The notes: generated by a model not told the origin, from the letters alone. A DNA stretch of 64,000 nt from Bacteroidales bacterium (GCA_031276035.1 JAISNV010000001.1:140062-204061), one strand, 5' to 3'. Shown: positions 45,334 to 53,947, numbered from the stretch's first letter. Made by a program: numbers and translations.

Positions 45334-48297
45334 ATGAATACTACAACACCAAAAGCCGACTTAATTTACGATATTCCCGATTCGGATTTCGATAACTTGA
45401 TGTTGCATCGAATTTACAATGTGCTTTTTATAGCCAGTGAATACGATGCCTTTGTACTTGAAAATGACGGGAGAATAGACGAACAGATTTTTAATGAATA
45501 TGTTAAGTTGAATCTGCGACATCCGCCACATTTTATTCATGCACCCAATGAGCTCAGTGCCAGAAAAATTCTGAAAAAAGTAAATATCGACTTGGTAATT
45601 ATTTTATATACGGCCGGAGAAAGTAATCCTGCCGCATTCGCTAAAGAAATCAAAGATAAATATAACGATTTACCGGTTGTTGCTCTAACTCCATTTCCGC
45701 AAGATATTATCAGCAAGCTGAAAAAGAAAGATATTTCTTATTTCGATTATGTTTTCAGCTGGCTCGGAAACGCCGATATAATGTTGGCAATAATTAAACT
45801 TATTGAAGATAAAATGAATTTAAAGCACGACGTGCTGAAAGTAGGTGTACAAGTTATTCTTCTTGTAGAAGATTCTATAAGATTTTATTCTTCATATCTG
45901 CCGAATATTTACAAAATCGTCTTTAAACAATCAACCGATTTTATGGCTGAAGGTTTGAATGATCATGAGAAAATGCTTCGTATGCGCGGACGACCGAAAA
46001 TTATTTTGGCGACTAATTATGAAGAAGCTGAACAGTACTTTGAAAAATACAAGGATAACATGCTCGGTGTAATAACTGATGTTAGATATGAAAAAGATGG
46101 TGTTGAAGACGATCAGGCCGGAGTGAAATTGATAAAAGCAATTAGAAATGAAGATAAATTCATGTCTATTCTCATGCAATCTTCCGAAGGAAAAAATGCG
46201 GAAAAAGCAAAAGAATTACATGTCGGATTTATCAACAAAAACTCTAAAACAATTTCGAGAGAGCTGAAAAATTTTATGCAAAAGTATTTCGCCTTCGGCG
46301 ATTTTATCTTTGTTAACCCTAAAACGGGTGAGGAAATCGGAAGTGCATCGAATATTAAAACCTTAATGGAAATGATGCAAACCATTCCCGATGACAGTTT
46401 GAGATATCATATCAACAATAATCACTTTACCAAATGGTTGATGGCCCGCGCTTGTTTTCCGGTTGCACGACTGTTTAAAGAGCTTTCCGAAAAAGATTTC
46501 AAAGATTTGGATCACGTTCGAGATTTTATGTTTGATGTACTTGCCAAATACAGGATAAATAAATCTCACGGAGTAATAGCCGAGTTTACAAGCGAACGCT
46601 TTGATGGTTATTTCAGCTTTGCAAGAATCGGCCACGGTTCAATCGGCGGAAAAGCAAGAGGTTTGGCTTTCCTCGACCAACTGTTGCAAAGGCATAAAGA
46701 ATTTTCCGAATTCGGCGAAATCAATATTGCCATTCCCAGAACTTTAGTCATTTGTACAGATATTTTTGACGAGTTTATGGAAAGTAATTCTCTATATCCG
46801 ATTGCTTTGTCGAATGTAGAAGATGAAGATATTTTAAATGCTTTCGTCAATGCCAAACTACCTTCCAGAATCAAAGACGACCTAAGGGCATTTTTAAAAA
46901 TCATCAAAAAGCCTTTGGCAATACGTTCTTCTTCAGTTCTTGAAGATTCATATTATCAACCTTTTGCGGGGATTTACTCTACTTACATGATTCCCTATAC
47001 GGACGATCATAACTTTATGTTAAAAATATTATCAATAGCTATCAAAAGCGTTTATGCATCGGCTTTTTATAAGGATTCCAAAGCATATACAACAGCTACA
47101 TCAAATATGATTGACGAGGAGAAAATGGCTATAGTTCTTCAGGAAGTCTGCGGCGAGCAACATGGAGACATTTATTTCCCGACAATCTCAGGTGTTGCAC
47201 GCTCAATTAACTATTATCCTATCGGAAATGAAAAATTTGAAGACGGAATTGCCTCTATAGCTTTCGGACTTGGAACGTATATTGTACAAGGTAGCAGGTC
47301 ATTAAGATTCTCGCCCAGACATCCGCATAATATTTTGCAACTTTCAACCAATGAAATGAGTTTACGCGACACTCAAAAAACTTTCTTCGCTCTTGACACC
47401 AATCCTAATAGTTTCAAAATCTCAACCGACGAAGGAATTAACATTAAACATTGTAATATTAACTACGCTGCCGAACTTAATGCCACAACAAATGTAATTT
47501 CTTATTACGATTATGATAATGCGAATATAATCAGCATGATGCCGGACGGCCATAATTTCAGAAGAGTAGTAACTTTCGCTAATGTCCTGAAATATGATGT
47601 TTTTCCTTTGGCACAGATTTTGGATCTGATTCTGACTACCGGACAACAAGAAATGAACAAGCCTGTTGAGATCGAATTTGCCGTTGATTTTTCTTCCGGA
47701 TTAACGAATACAACTTTCTATATTCTGCAAATTCGCCCGATTGTAGACAACAATACCTTTCTGGATGAAGATATAATGCAAATTCCGGAAAATAAAACAA
47801 TTCTTACAAGTAAACAAGCTTTGGGACAAGGTGTAATTCCGAAAATAAAGCATATTGTTTATGTAAAGCCGCAGAGTTTTAATCCGGCAAAATCACATGA
47901 GATTGCAAGAATGATAGACAAAATTAACTCCGAATTTATCAAAGAAGATACTTATTATGTTTTAATTGGTCCCGGCAGATGGGGCTCAAGCGACCCATGG
48001 CTCGGAATTCCAACCAAATGGACAAATATTTCCAATGCGAAACTGATTGTAGAATCAAGTTTAAGTAATTATAGGATAGAGCCAAGCCAAGGCACTCATT
48101 TCTTCCAGAATCTCACATCTTTAGGAGTCGGATATTTCACAATTAATCCGTATATAAATGACGGTTATTTTAATTTGGAATTTTTAGATAAGCAGCAGGC
48201 AATTTTCGAAAACGAATACATAAGAATAGTAAAATTCGATAAAGAATTAACAATAAAGATCGACGGTCGAAAAACATACGGCATTGTGATGATGTGA
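45334..48297 (+). CDS. Receiver-domain protein fused to a PPDK/PEP-synthase-type ATP-grasp (PEP/pyruvate-binding) domain; function unknown
   Basis: 987 aa. Residues ~25-130 form a degenerate receiver-like domain. Residues ~170-300 form a receiver with 'ILLVEDS', 'GVITDVRY' and 'ILMQSS'. The PPDK_N motifs are 'GGKARGLAFL', 'IRSSSVLEDSYYQPFAGIYSTY', 'MAIVLQEV', 'SGVARSINYYP' and 'FGLGTYIVQG'. I see no 'GGxTSHAA'-type swivel motif. The start lies 1 nt after the kinase stop codon. Confidence 0.7.
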   Translation: MNTTTPKADLIYDIPDSDFDNLMLHRIYNVLFIASEYDAFVLENDGRIDEQIFNEYVKLNLRHPPHFIHAPNELSARKILKKVNIDLVIILYTAGESNPAAFAKEIKDKYNDLPVVALTPFPQDIISKLKKKDISYFDYVFSWLGNADIMLAIIKLIEDKMNLKHDVLKVGVQVILLVEDSIRFYSSYLPNIYKIVFKQSTDFMAEGLNDHEKMLRMRGRPKIILATNYEEAEQYFEKYKDNMLGVITDVRYEKDGVEDDQAGVKLIKAIRNEDKFMSILMQSSEGKNAEKAKELHVGFINKNSKTISRELKNFMQKYFAFGDFIFVNPKTGEEIGSASNIKTLMEMMQTIPDDSLRYHINNNHFTKWLMARACFPVARLFKELSEKDFKDLDHVRDFMFDVLAKYRINKSHGVIAEFTSERFDGYFSFARIGHGSIGGKARGLAFLDQLLQRHKEFSEFGEINIAIPRTLVICTDIFDEFMESNSLYPIALSNVEDEDILNAFVNAKLPSRIKDDLRAFLKIIKKPLAIRSSSVLEDSYYQPFAGIYSTYMIPYTDDHNFMLKILSIAIKSVYASAFYKDSKAYTTATSNMIDEEKMAIVLQEVCGEQHGDIYFPTISGVARSINYYPIGNEKFEDGIASIAFGLGTYIVQGSRSLRFSPRHPHNILQLSTNEMSLRDTQKTFFALDTNPNSFKISTDEGINIKHCNINYAAELNATTNVISYYDYDNANIISMMPDGHNFRRVVTFANVLKYDVFPLAQILDLILTTGQQEMNKPVEIEFAVDFSSGLTNTTFYILQIRPIVDNNTFLDEDIMQIPENKTILTSKQALGQGVIPKIKHIVYVKPQSFNPAKSHEIARMIDKINSEFIKEDTYYVLIGPGRWGSSDPWLGIPTKWTNISNAKLIVESSLSNYRIEPSQGTHFFQNLTSLGVGYFTINPYINDGYFNLEFLDKQQAIFENEYIRIVKFDKELTIKIDGRKTYGIVMM

Positions 48298-48379
48298 TAA
48301 TCGTACTTTTTGAATGATTAAATATACTGAAATAGACAAAAAATCTAAACTTTAAACTTTAAACTCTCAACTATTATAT

Positions 48380-48387
48380 TATCTTTG
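48380..48387 (+). promoter_or_regulatory. -7 box TATCTTTG for the 5-alpha-reductase-like gene
   Basis: An exact TAnnTTTG match, 28 nt upstream of ATG 48416. Confidence 0.55.
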
Positions 48388-48415
48388 CAGTCGATTTTTA
48401 TTAAATTAACATATA

Positions 48416-49228
48416 ATGACATCATTGAATCTCCTTAATTATTTTCTTGACAATTACAATCTTTTTTTAATTATTATGGCAGCCTTAGCGGTTGTTGTTT
48501 TTATTGTTCTTAACTTTATTGAAGTTGGTTACGGTATTACTATAAATAAAAAGTGGGGTGCCGCAATAAATAATAAAATCGGATGGCTGTGCATGGAAGT
48601 TCCGGTTTTTGTTTTAATGACAGTATTGTGTTTATTATCACCTAGAATAATTCCATTTAAAATATCCACATCATTAGTTCCGCTGATTTTTTTCTTATTC
48701 TTTCAGATACATTACATTAGAAGATCATTAATATTTCCGTTTTTGTTAAAAGGTAAAAGTAAAATGCCAGTAACTGTAATGTTGATGGGATTTTTATTTA
48801 ACATTTGCAATGCTTTGATGCAAGGCGGATGGTTTTTTTATAAATCGCCGGTAGATATGTACACTCTAAGTTGGTTGCTTACTCCACAATTTATTATCGG
48901 AACTATTATTTATTTCGGAGGAATGATTATTAACATCCAATCCGATAAAATTATCCAAGATTTACGTACGCCCGGAGATACAAAACATTACTTACCCACA
49001 AAAGGTTTATTTAAACATGTAACCGGAGCGCATTATTTCGGTGAAGTCATTGAATGGGTGGGTTTCGCAATATTAACTTGGTCGCCTGCAGGCGCTGTAT
49101 TTGCATTATGGACATTTGCAAATCTTGTTCCGCGCGCAAATGCTGTTTATCACAGCTATCAAAAAATGTTCGGTTACGACACCATCAAAGATAAAAAATT
49201 AAAAAGAATATTTCCTTATATATATTAG
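48416..49228 (+). CDS. 3-oxo-5-alpha-steroid 4-dehydrogenase (SRD5A) family membrane reductase
   Basis: 270 aa with about 6-7 TM helices. The C-terminal 'PTKGLFKHVTGAHYFGEVIEWVGFAILTWSPAGAVFALWTFANLVPRANAVYHSYQKMF...LKRIFPYIY' aligns by eye with the mammalian SRD5A1/2 C-terminal pattern 'GGLF.YV..AN(Y/F).GEI.EW.G.A..(S/T)WS...FA......RA...H..Y...F..YP..RK..IPF(I/L)F'. Confidence 0.75.
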   Translation: MTSLNLLNYFLDNYNLFLIIMAALAVVVFIVLNFIEVGYGITINKKWGAAINNKIGWLCMEVPVFVLMTVLCLLSPRIIPFKISTSLVPLIFFLFFQIHYIRRSLIFPFLLKGKSKMPVTVMLMGFLFNICNALMQGGWFFYKSPVDMYTLSWLLTPQFIIGTIIYFGGMIINIQSDKIIQDLRTPGDTKHYLPTKGLFKHVTGAHYFGEVIEWVGFAILTWSPAGAVFALWTFANLVPRANAVYHSYQKMFGYDTIKDKKLKRIFPYIY

Positions 49229-49463
49229 TATATTAGTTTGAAAATTATAAAGGTATAAAGATTATCTAATCTTTAAAATTTAAATTGATTTTCTTGTAAA
49301 ACATCATTATACTACAATTAAATATAAATCGTTTCGGATATTTTTATATTCTATCTATTTGATTTACCGGTTACATTTCATGGAGAAAGGGCAATTTCTA
49401 TTTGCATGATTATAAATCAATTCTATCAATCTAATTGATTTTATACATTTCTAATGCTTTTTG

Positions 49464-49471
49464 TATATTTG
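49464..49471 (+). promoter_or_regulatory. -7 box TATATTTG for the OYE-SDR pair
   Basis: An exact TAnnTTTG match, 18 nt upstream of ATG 49489. Confidence 0.55.
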
Positions 49472-49488
49472 CAGATAAATTTTTTATT

Positions 49489-50718
49489 ATGTCCGAATCT
49501 TTATTATTTACACCGGCAAAACTTGGCCCCTTAACTCTTAGAAATCGTACTATCAGAGCTGCTGCTTTCGAAGGCATGTGCCCTAATAACAATCCGAGCC
49601 AACAATTACACGATTATCATGTTTCTGTTGCGGCAGGAGGTATCGGAATGACTAACCTTGCATATTCATCGGTAACAAAAAACGGATTATCTTTTCCGCA
49701 TCAATTATGGTTAAGAAAAGAAATCATTTCGGATCTTAAGAAAATAACCGACGATATTCATAAAGAAGGTGCGGCGGCATCGGTACAAATTGGACACTGC
49801 GGAAATATGTCGAAAAGAAGTGTTGCCGGACAATTGCCGATATCCGCCTCATACGGATTTAATGTCTATTCTCCAACCTTTGTAAGGAAGATGAGAAAAG
49901 ATGAAATAACGGAAGTTGCAAAAGCTTTCGGAACAGCCGTAAATTTTGCACGCGATGCCGGATTTGACGCCGTGGAAGTTCATGCCGGTCATGGTTATTT
50001 ACTGAGTCAGTTTTTATCAAAATATACAAATCATCGTCATGATGAATATGGCGGAAGTTTAGAAAATCGAATGCGGTTTATGAGTATGGCAATAAATTAC
50101 GCTATGGAAGCCGCTAAAAATGATATGGCCGTTACTGTGAAAATGAATATGAACGACGGATTCAAATTTCTTGGCGGTATGCAAACCGACGATTGTATTT
50201 TGGTTGCCAAGAGGCTTGAGTCTTTGGGTGTTCACGGATTAGTTCTGAGCGGCGGATTCGTAAGTCATGCGCCTATGCACGTCATGTACGGAAGTATGCC
50301 TACAAAGACAATGTCGTATTACATGAGTCCTTCAATAATTAAACCACTTGCAAAATATTTTGGAAAGATTTTAGTTCCTACTGTTCCCTTTAAAGAAGCT
50401 TATTTCTATGAAGACGCTTTAAAATTCAGAGAAGCTGTTAAGTTGCCTTTAATTTATGTAGGAGGATTAGTTGCAAGGGATAAGATTGATATGGTTTTAA
50501 ATTCAGGATTTGAATTTATTGCCATGGCAAGAGCCCTTGTAAACGAACCCGGATTTGTTAACCGGATGAAAGAAGAAGGTAATATCAGATGTAATTGCGA
50601 ACATGTAAATTATTGCATCGGAAGAATGTATTCTAAAGATATGGTTTGTCATCAACACGTTAAAGAAGAATTACCTAAATGTATAAAAAAGGAAATAGAA
50701 AAGGCAAAACGGCATTAG
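49489..50718 (+). CDS. Old Yellow Enzyme family NADH:flavin oxidoreductase (FadH/BaiH-type TIM barrel) with a C-terminal Cys cluster and no FAD/NAD(P) domain
   Basis: The start is taken at ATG 49489 ('MSESLLFTPAKLGPLTLRNRTIRAA'). The core motif is 'EVHAGHGYLLSQFLSKYTNHRHDEYGGSLENRMRF'. The Cys cluster 'CNCEHVNYCIGRMYSKDMVC' lies about 20 aa from the C-terminus. Confidence 0.85.
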   Translation: MSESLLFTPAKLGPLTLRNRTIRAAAFEGMCPNNNPSQQLHDYHVSVAAGGIGMTNLAYSSVTKNGLSFPHQLWLRKEIISDLKKITDDIHKEGAAASVQIGHCGNMSKRSVAGQLPISASYGFNVYSPTFVRKMRKDEITEVAKAFGTAVNFARDAGFDAVEVHAGHGYLLSQFLSKYTNHRHDEYGGSLENRMRFMSMAINYAMEAAKNDMAVTVKMNMNDGFKFLGGMQTDDCILVAKRLESLGVHGLVLSGGFVSHAPMHVMYGSMPTKTMSYYMSPSIIKPLAKYFGKILVPTVPFKEAYFYEDALKFREAVKLPLIYVGGLVARDKIDMVLNSGFEFIAMARALVNEPGFVNRMKEEGNIRCNCEHVNYCIGRMYSKDMVCHQHVKEELPKCIKKEIEKAKRH

Positions 50719-51485
50719 TAACTGGAGCGGCTTCCGGAATCGGTTATGCTTTTGCTGAGAAGCTGGCGCAAGACGGATATGACTTACTGATTTCTGATCT
50801 TCAAGAAGAAAAAACAATTGAAGTTGCTGATAATCTACATAATAATTATGCAATTGATGTAAAATATCTTATATTAGATTTATCCAGAATTGATGCGGCT
50901 GAAATCATATATGAATTTTGTTGTAATAAGAACATTGAAATCTATATTTTAATTAGTAATGCCGGAAGATTTGCTTTTGATTCGATAACGGATATCGAAA
51001 CAGATAAATATGATTCGATCTTGCAATTACACATGAATACACCTGCAAAGTTATGCAGATTATTCGGCAAAGACATGAAAAAAAGAAGAAATGGTTATAT
51101 TCTAACCGTATCCTCATTATCCGCATGGATGCCCTATCCATATTTATCACTTTATTCTTCAACAAAAAGATTTCTCAGAACATTCTCAAGGTCAATACAC
51201 TTCGAGTTCTCAAATTATAATGTAGGAGTTACAACAATTTGTCCAGGGGCAATAGATACGGACCTTTACAATTTAAAACCACATTTGCGGAAAATCGCAC
51301 GAAATCTCGGTATAATGATGAAGCCGGAAATTTTAGCAGAAAGATCATTAAAAAAAATGCAAAGAAAACGTGTAACTTATATTCCTGGTCTGATAAACAA
51401 AATTGCCATACCTATTTTATTAATAATTCCTGTTAGGATTATTACTTTCTTTACACGAAAAATAGCAGGAGATAAGTTTAATTAA
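50679..51485 (+). CDS. Short-chain dehydrogenase/reductase (classical SDR) with a C-terminal hydrophobic anchor
   Basis: 268 aa with 'TALVTGAASGIGYA' (TGxxxGxG), 'ISNAG', the catalytic 'S...YSSTK', and the C-terminal 'IAIPILLIIPVRIITFF'. Its start overlaps the OYE gene by 40 nt in another frame. Confidence 0.85.
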   Translation: MYKKGNRKGKTALVTGAASGIGYAFAEKLAQDGYDLLISDLQEEKTIEVADNLHNNYAIDVKYLILDLSRIDAAEIIYEFCCNKNIEIYILISNAGRFAFDSITDIETDKYDSILQLHMNTPAKLCRLFGKDMKKRRNGYILTVSSLSAWMPYPYLSLYSSTKRFLRTFSRSIHFEFSNYNVGVTTICPGAIDTDLYNLKPHLRKIARNLGIMMKPEILAERSLKKMQRKRVTYIPGLINKIAIPILLIIPVRIITFFTRKIAGDKFN

Positions 51486-51700
51486 CTAATAAGTAAAACT
51501 TAAAGAATAAATTGCACTTAAGTTTTGAATACATTAATTATTAAACCTGCATGTTTTGAAAAATATATAATTATGTACGAAGGTAAACATCTAAGAATAA
51601 AATACTTTTCCTCAAATCAATAAACTTTTTCGATTAAAAATCGTATTATTTGAAAAAAAATTACGACTTTTGCAAAATCATTAATTAAAAAATTAATATT

Positions 51701-51934
51701 ATGTCAGAAATTGCAAACAAAGTAAAAGAAATTATCGTTGACAAATTAGGAGTATCTCCGGATCAAGTAACTCCTGAAGCAAGTTTTACAGGTGATTTAG
51801 GTGCCGATTCATTAGATACAGTGGATCTCATCATGGAATTTGAAAAAGAATTTAAAATTTCTATCCCTGAAGATTCAGCAAGTACAATCAGCACAGTTGG
51901 CGACGCTATCTCTTACATTGAATCATTAAATTAA
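51701..51934 (+). CDS. acpP: Acyl carrier protein
   Basis: 77 aa with the phosphopantetheine attachment site '[16 protein letters not shown]'. Confidence 0.97.
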   Translation: MSEIANKVKEIIVDKLGVSPDQVTPEASFTGDLGADSLDTVDLIMEFEKEFKISIPEDSASTISTVGDAISYIESLN

Positions 51935-51944
51935 TAATCCCATT

Positions 51945-53192
51945 ATGGCACTTAACCGAGTAGTAATTACAGGTTATGGGGCACTTACTCCATTAGGTAA
52001 TAATGCTAACGATTTTTGGCAAGGATTAATTAATGGAGTAAGTGGTGCTAATGAAATAACCCGTTTTGACGCATCAAAGTTTAAGACACAGTTTGCATGT
52101 GAATTAAAAAATTTTGATCCCTCGGATTATTATGATAAAAAAGAACTTAGAAAGCTGGATCCTTTTACACTTTATGCTTTAATTGCTAGTGATGAGGCAT
52201 TTAAGCATGCGAAATTTCAAACAGACAGATTACGCAAAGACCGTTGCGGTGTTATTTGGGGCTCGGGAATTGGTGGACTTGAAACTCTTACAACAGAAAT
52301 AAATGATTTTGTTACTGGAGACGGAACGCCGAGATTTAGCCCATACTTAATAACCAAGATGATTATTGATATAGTTGCAGGTCAAATTGCTATCAAATAT
52401 GGTTTTGAAGGTGTTAATTACGCAACTGTTGCGGCTTGTGCAAGCAGCGCCGTAGCAATAATTGACGCTTATTACAATATTCAATTAGGGAAAGCAGATG
52501 TTATTATTGCCGGTGGTTCAGAAGCTCCAATTAACCCTGTCGGAGTTGGCGGGTTTAATTCTATAACTGCTCTTTCAACAAGAAATGAAGATTATAAAAC
52601 AGCATCCCGACCTTTTGATAAAGATAGAGACGGATTTGTTATAGGTGAAGGAGCCGGCGCTTTGATAATTGAGAACTATGATCATGCTGTTAAAAGAAAA
52701 GCAACTATTTACGCTGAAATAGTCGGCACAGGCATATCCTGCGATGCGTCTCATATTACAGCTCCTCAACCAGAGGGCAAAGGCGCTTATAAAGCTATGC
52801 AAATCGCAATAAATGATGCGAATATTAAACCTGAAGATATTGATTATATAAATGCTCACGGCACTTCTACCCCACTTGGTGATATTGCCGAATTATATGC
52901 TATAAGAAAACTTTTTAATGATAGCTCAAGATTGGCAATTAGTTCTACTAAATCGATGACTGGGCATTTATTAGGAGCAGCAGGCGCCGTTGAAGCTATT
53001 GCTTCCATCATGAGCATTCAACACGGAATAATGCCTCCTACGATTAATCATTTTACTGACGATCCGGATATTGAAAACCTTAAACTCAATATCATTTATA
53101 ATAAAACAAAAAAACGTAAAACCAATTATGCAATGAGCAACGCTTTTGGTTTTGGCGGTCACAATACTTCGATTATATTCAAAAAAGTATAA
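51945..53192 (+). CDS. fabF: 3-oxoacyl-ACP synthase II
   Basis: 415 aa with the active-site Cys in 'AACASSAVAI', 'NAHGTSTPLGD' and 'GHLLGAAGAVEA', ending '...NAFGFGGHNTSIIFKK'. Confidence 0.96.
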   Translation: MALNRVVITGYGALTPLGNNANDFWQGLINGVSGANEITRFDASKFKTQFACELKNFDPSDYYDKKELRKLDPFTLYALIASDEAFKHAKFQTDRLRKDRCGVIWGSGIGGLETLTTEINDFVTGDGTPRFSPYLITKMIIDIVAGQIAIKYGFEGVNYATVAACASSAVAIIDAYYNIQLGKADVIIAGGSEAPINPVGVGGFNSITALSTRNEDYKTASRPFDKDRDGFVIGEGAGALIIENYDHAVKRKATIYAEIVGTGISCDASHITAPQPEGKGAYKAMQIAINDANIKPEDIDYINAHGTSTPLGDIAELYAIRKLFNDSSRLAISSTKSMTGHLLGAAGAVEAIASIMSIQHGIMPPTINHFTDDPDIENLKLNIIYNKTKKRKTNYAMSNAFGFGGHNTSIIFKKV

Positions 53193-53197
53193 TTGTT

Positions 53198-53932
53198 TTG
53201 CAAGGAAAAAGAAAAACACGGAGACCTATAAAATCTTTTTTTTCTTCGGATAAAAATTTATTCATAATTATCAATAATGTTATGGGTTTTTTTCCGAATA
53301 ATATTCATTTGTATAAATTAGCTTTTCAATATAAGGGTGGTGTTTCTCAAGAAAACAACAAATCAAATCTCAATAACGAACGACTTGAATATCTTGGTGA
53401 TGCCATTCTCGGAGCTATAATTGCCGAATATTTGTACAAAATGTATCCTTTCAAAAGTGAAGGTTTTTTATCCGAGATGCGTTCTAAAATTGTAAGTAGA
53501 TCACAATTGAATCTTGTTACTAAAAAGATTGGGCTTGATAAATTGATTTCTACTAAAAATAACGCACAATCTAAATCGCTCTATGGTGATGTTTTCGAGG
53601 CATTTGTAGGAGCAATGTTTCTTGATAAAGGTTTTGAATTTACAAAGAAAATAATAATAAATAACATTGTTACAAAACTATTCGATCTAAAAGAGTTGGA
53701 GAAACAAAATTTTAATTTCAAAAGTCAACTTTTAGAGTGGGCCCAAAAAAACAAACAATATACCGAGTTTAAGGTAATAGATGAAATTCCCGCTAATGGT
53801 CATGCCAAACAATACATTGTCAGAGTATTTATTGATGGTAAACCAATGGAAACAGGTTGTGATTTCAATATAAAAGGGGCCGAACAAGTTGCCGCTCAAA
53901 AAACTCTGGAAATTATCCATCCCTCTTGTTAA
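53198..53932 (+). CDS. rnc: Ribonuclease III
   Basis: The signature is 'NERLEYLGDAILGAIIAEYLY', and a C-terminal dsRBD follows. The longest ORF starts at TTG 53198 and the first ATG is 53282. The N-terminal extension 'RRPIKSFF...NVMGFFPNN' resembles the one seen in Bacteroides RNase III, so the start is uncertain. Confidence 0.88.
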   Translation: MQGKRKTRRPIKSFFSSDKNLFIIINNVMGFFPNNIHLYKLAFQYKGGVSQENNKSNLNNERLEYLGDAILGAIIAEYLYKMYPFKSEGFLSEMRSKIVSRSQLNLVTKKIGLDKLISTKNNAQSKSLYGDVFEAFVGAMFLDKGFEFTKKIIINNIVTKLFDLKELEKQNFNFKSQLLEWAQKNKQYTEFKVIDEIPANGHAKQYIVRVFIDGKPMETGCDFNIKGAEQVAAQKTLEIIHPSC

Positions 53933-53939
53933 TTTTTAA

Positions 53940-53947
53940 TAACTTTG
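53940..53947 (+). promoter_or_regulatory. -7 box TAACTTTG upstream of tRNA-Arg / asd
   Basis: An exact TAnnTTTG match, 50 nt upstream of the tRNA. Confidence 0.45.

Noticed and set aside
48347-48366. Short tandem repeat aaacttt-aaacttt-aaactc downstream of the REC-ATP-grasp gene
   Set aside because: It has only about 2.5 copies of a 7-mer in AT-rich spacer DNA, with no pairing partner or associated signal, so it is most likely chance.
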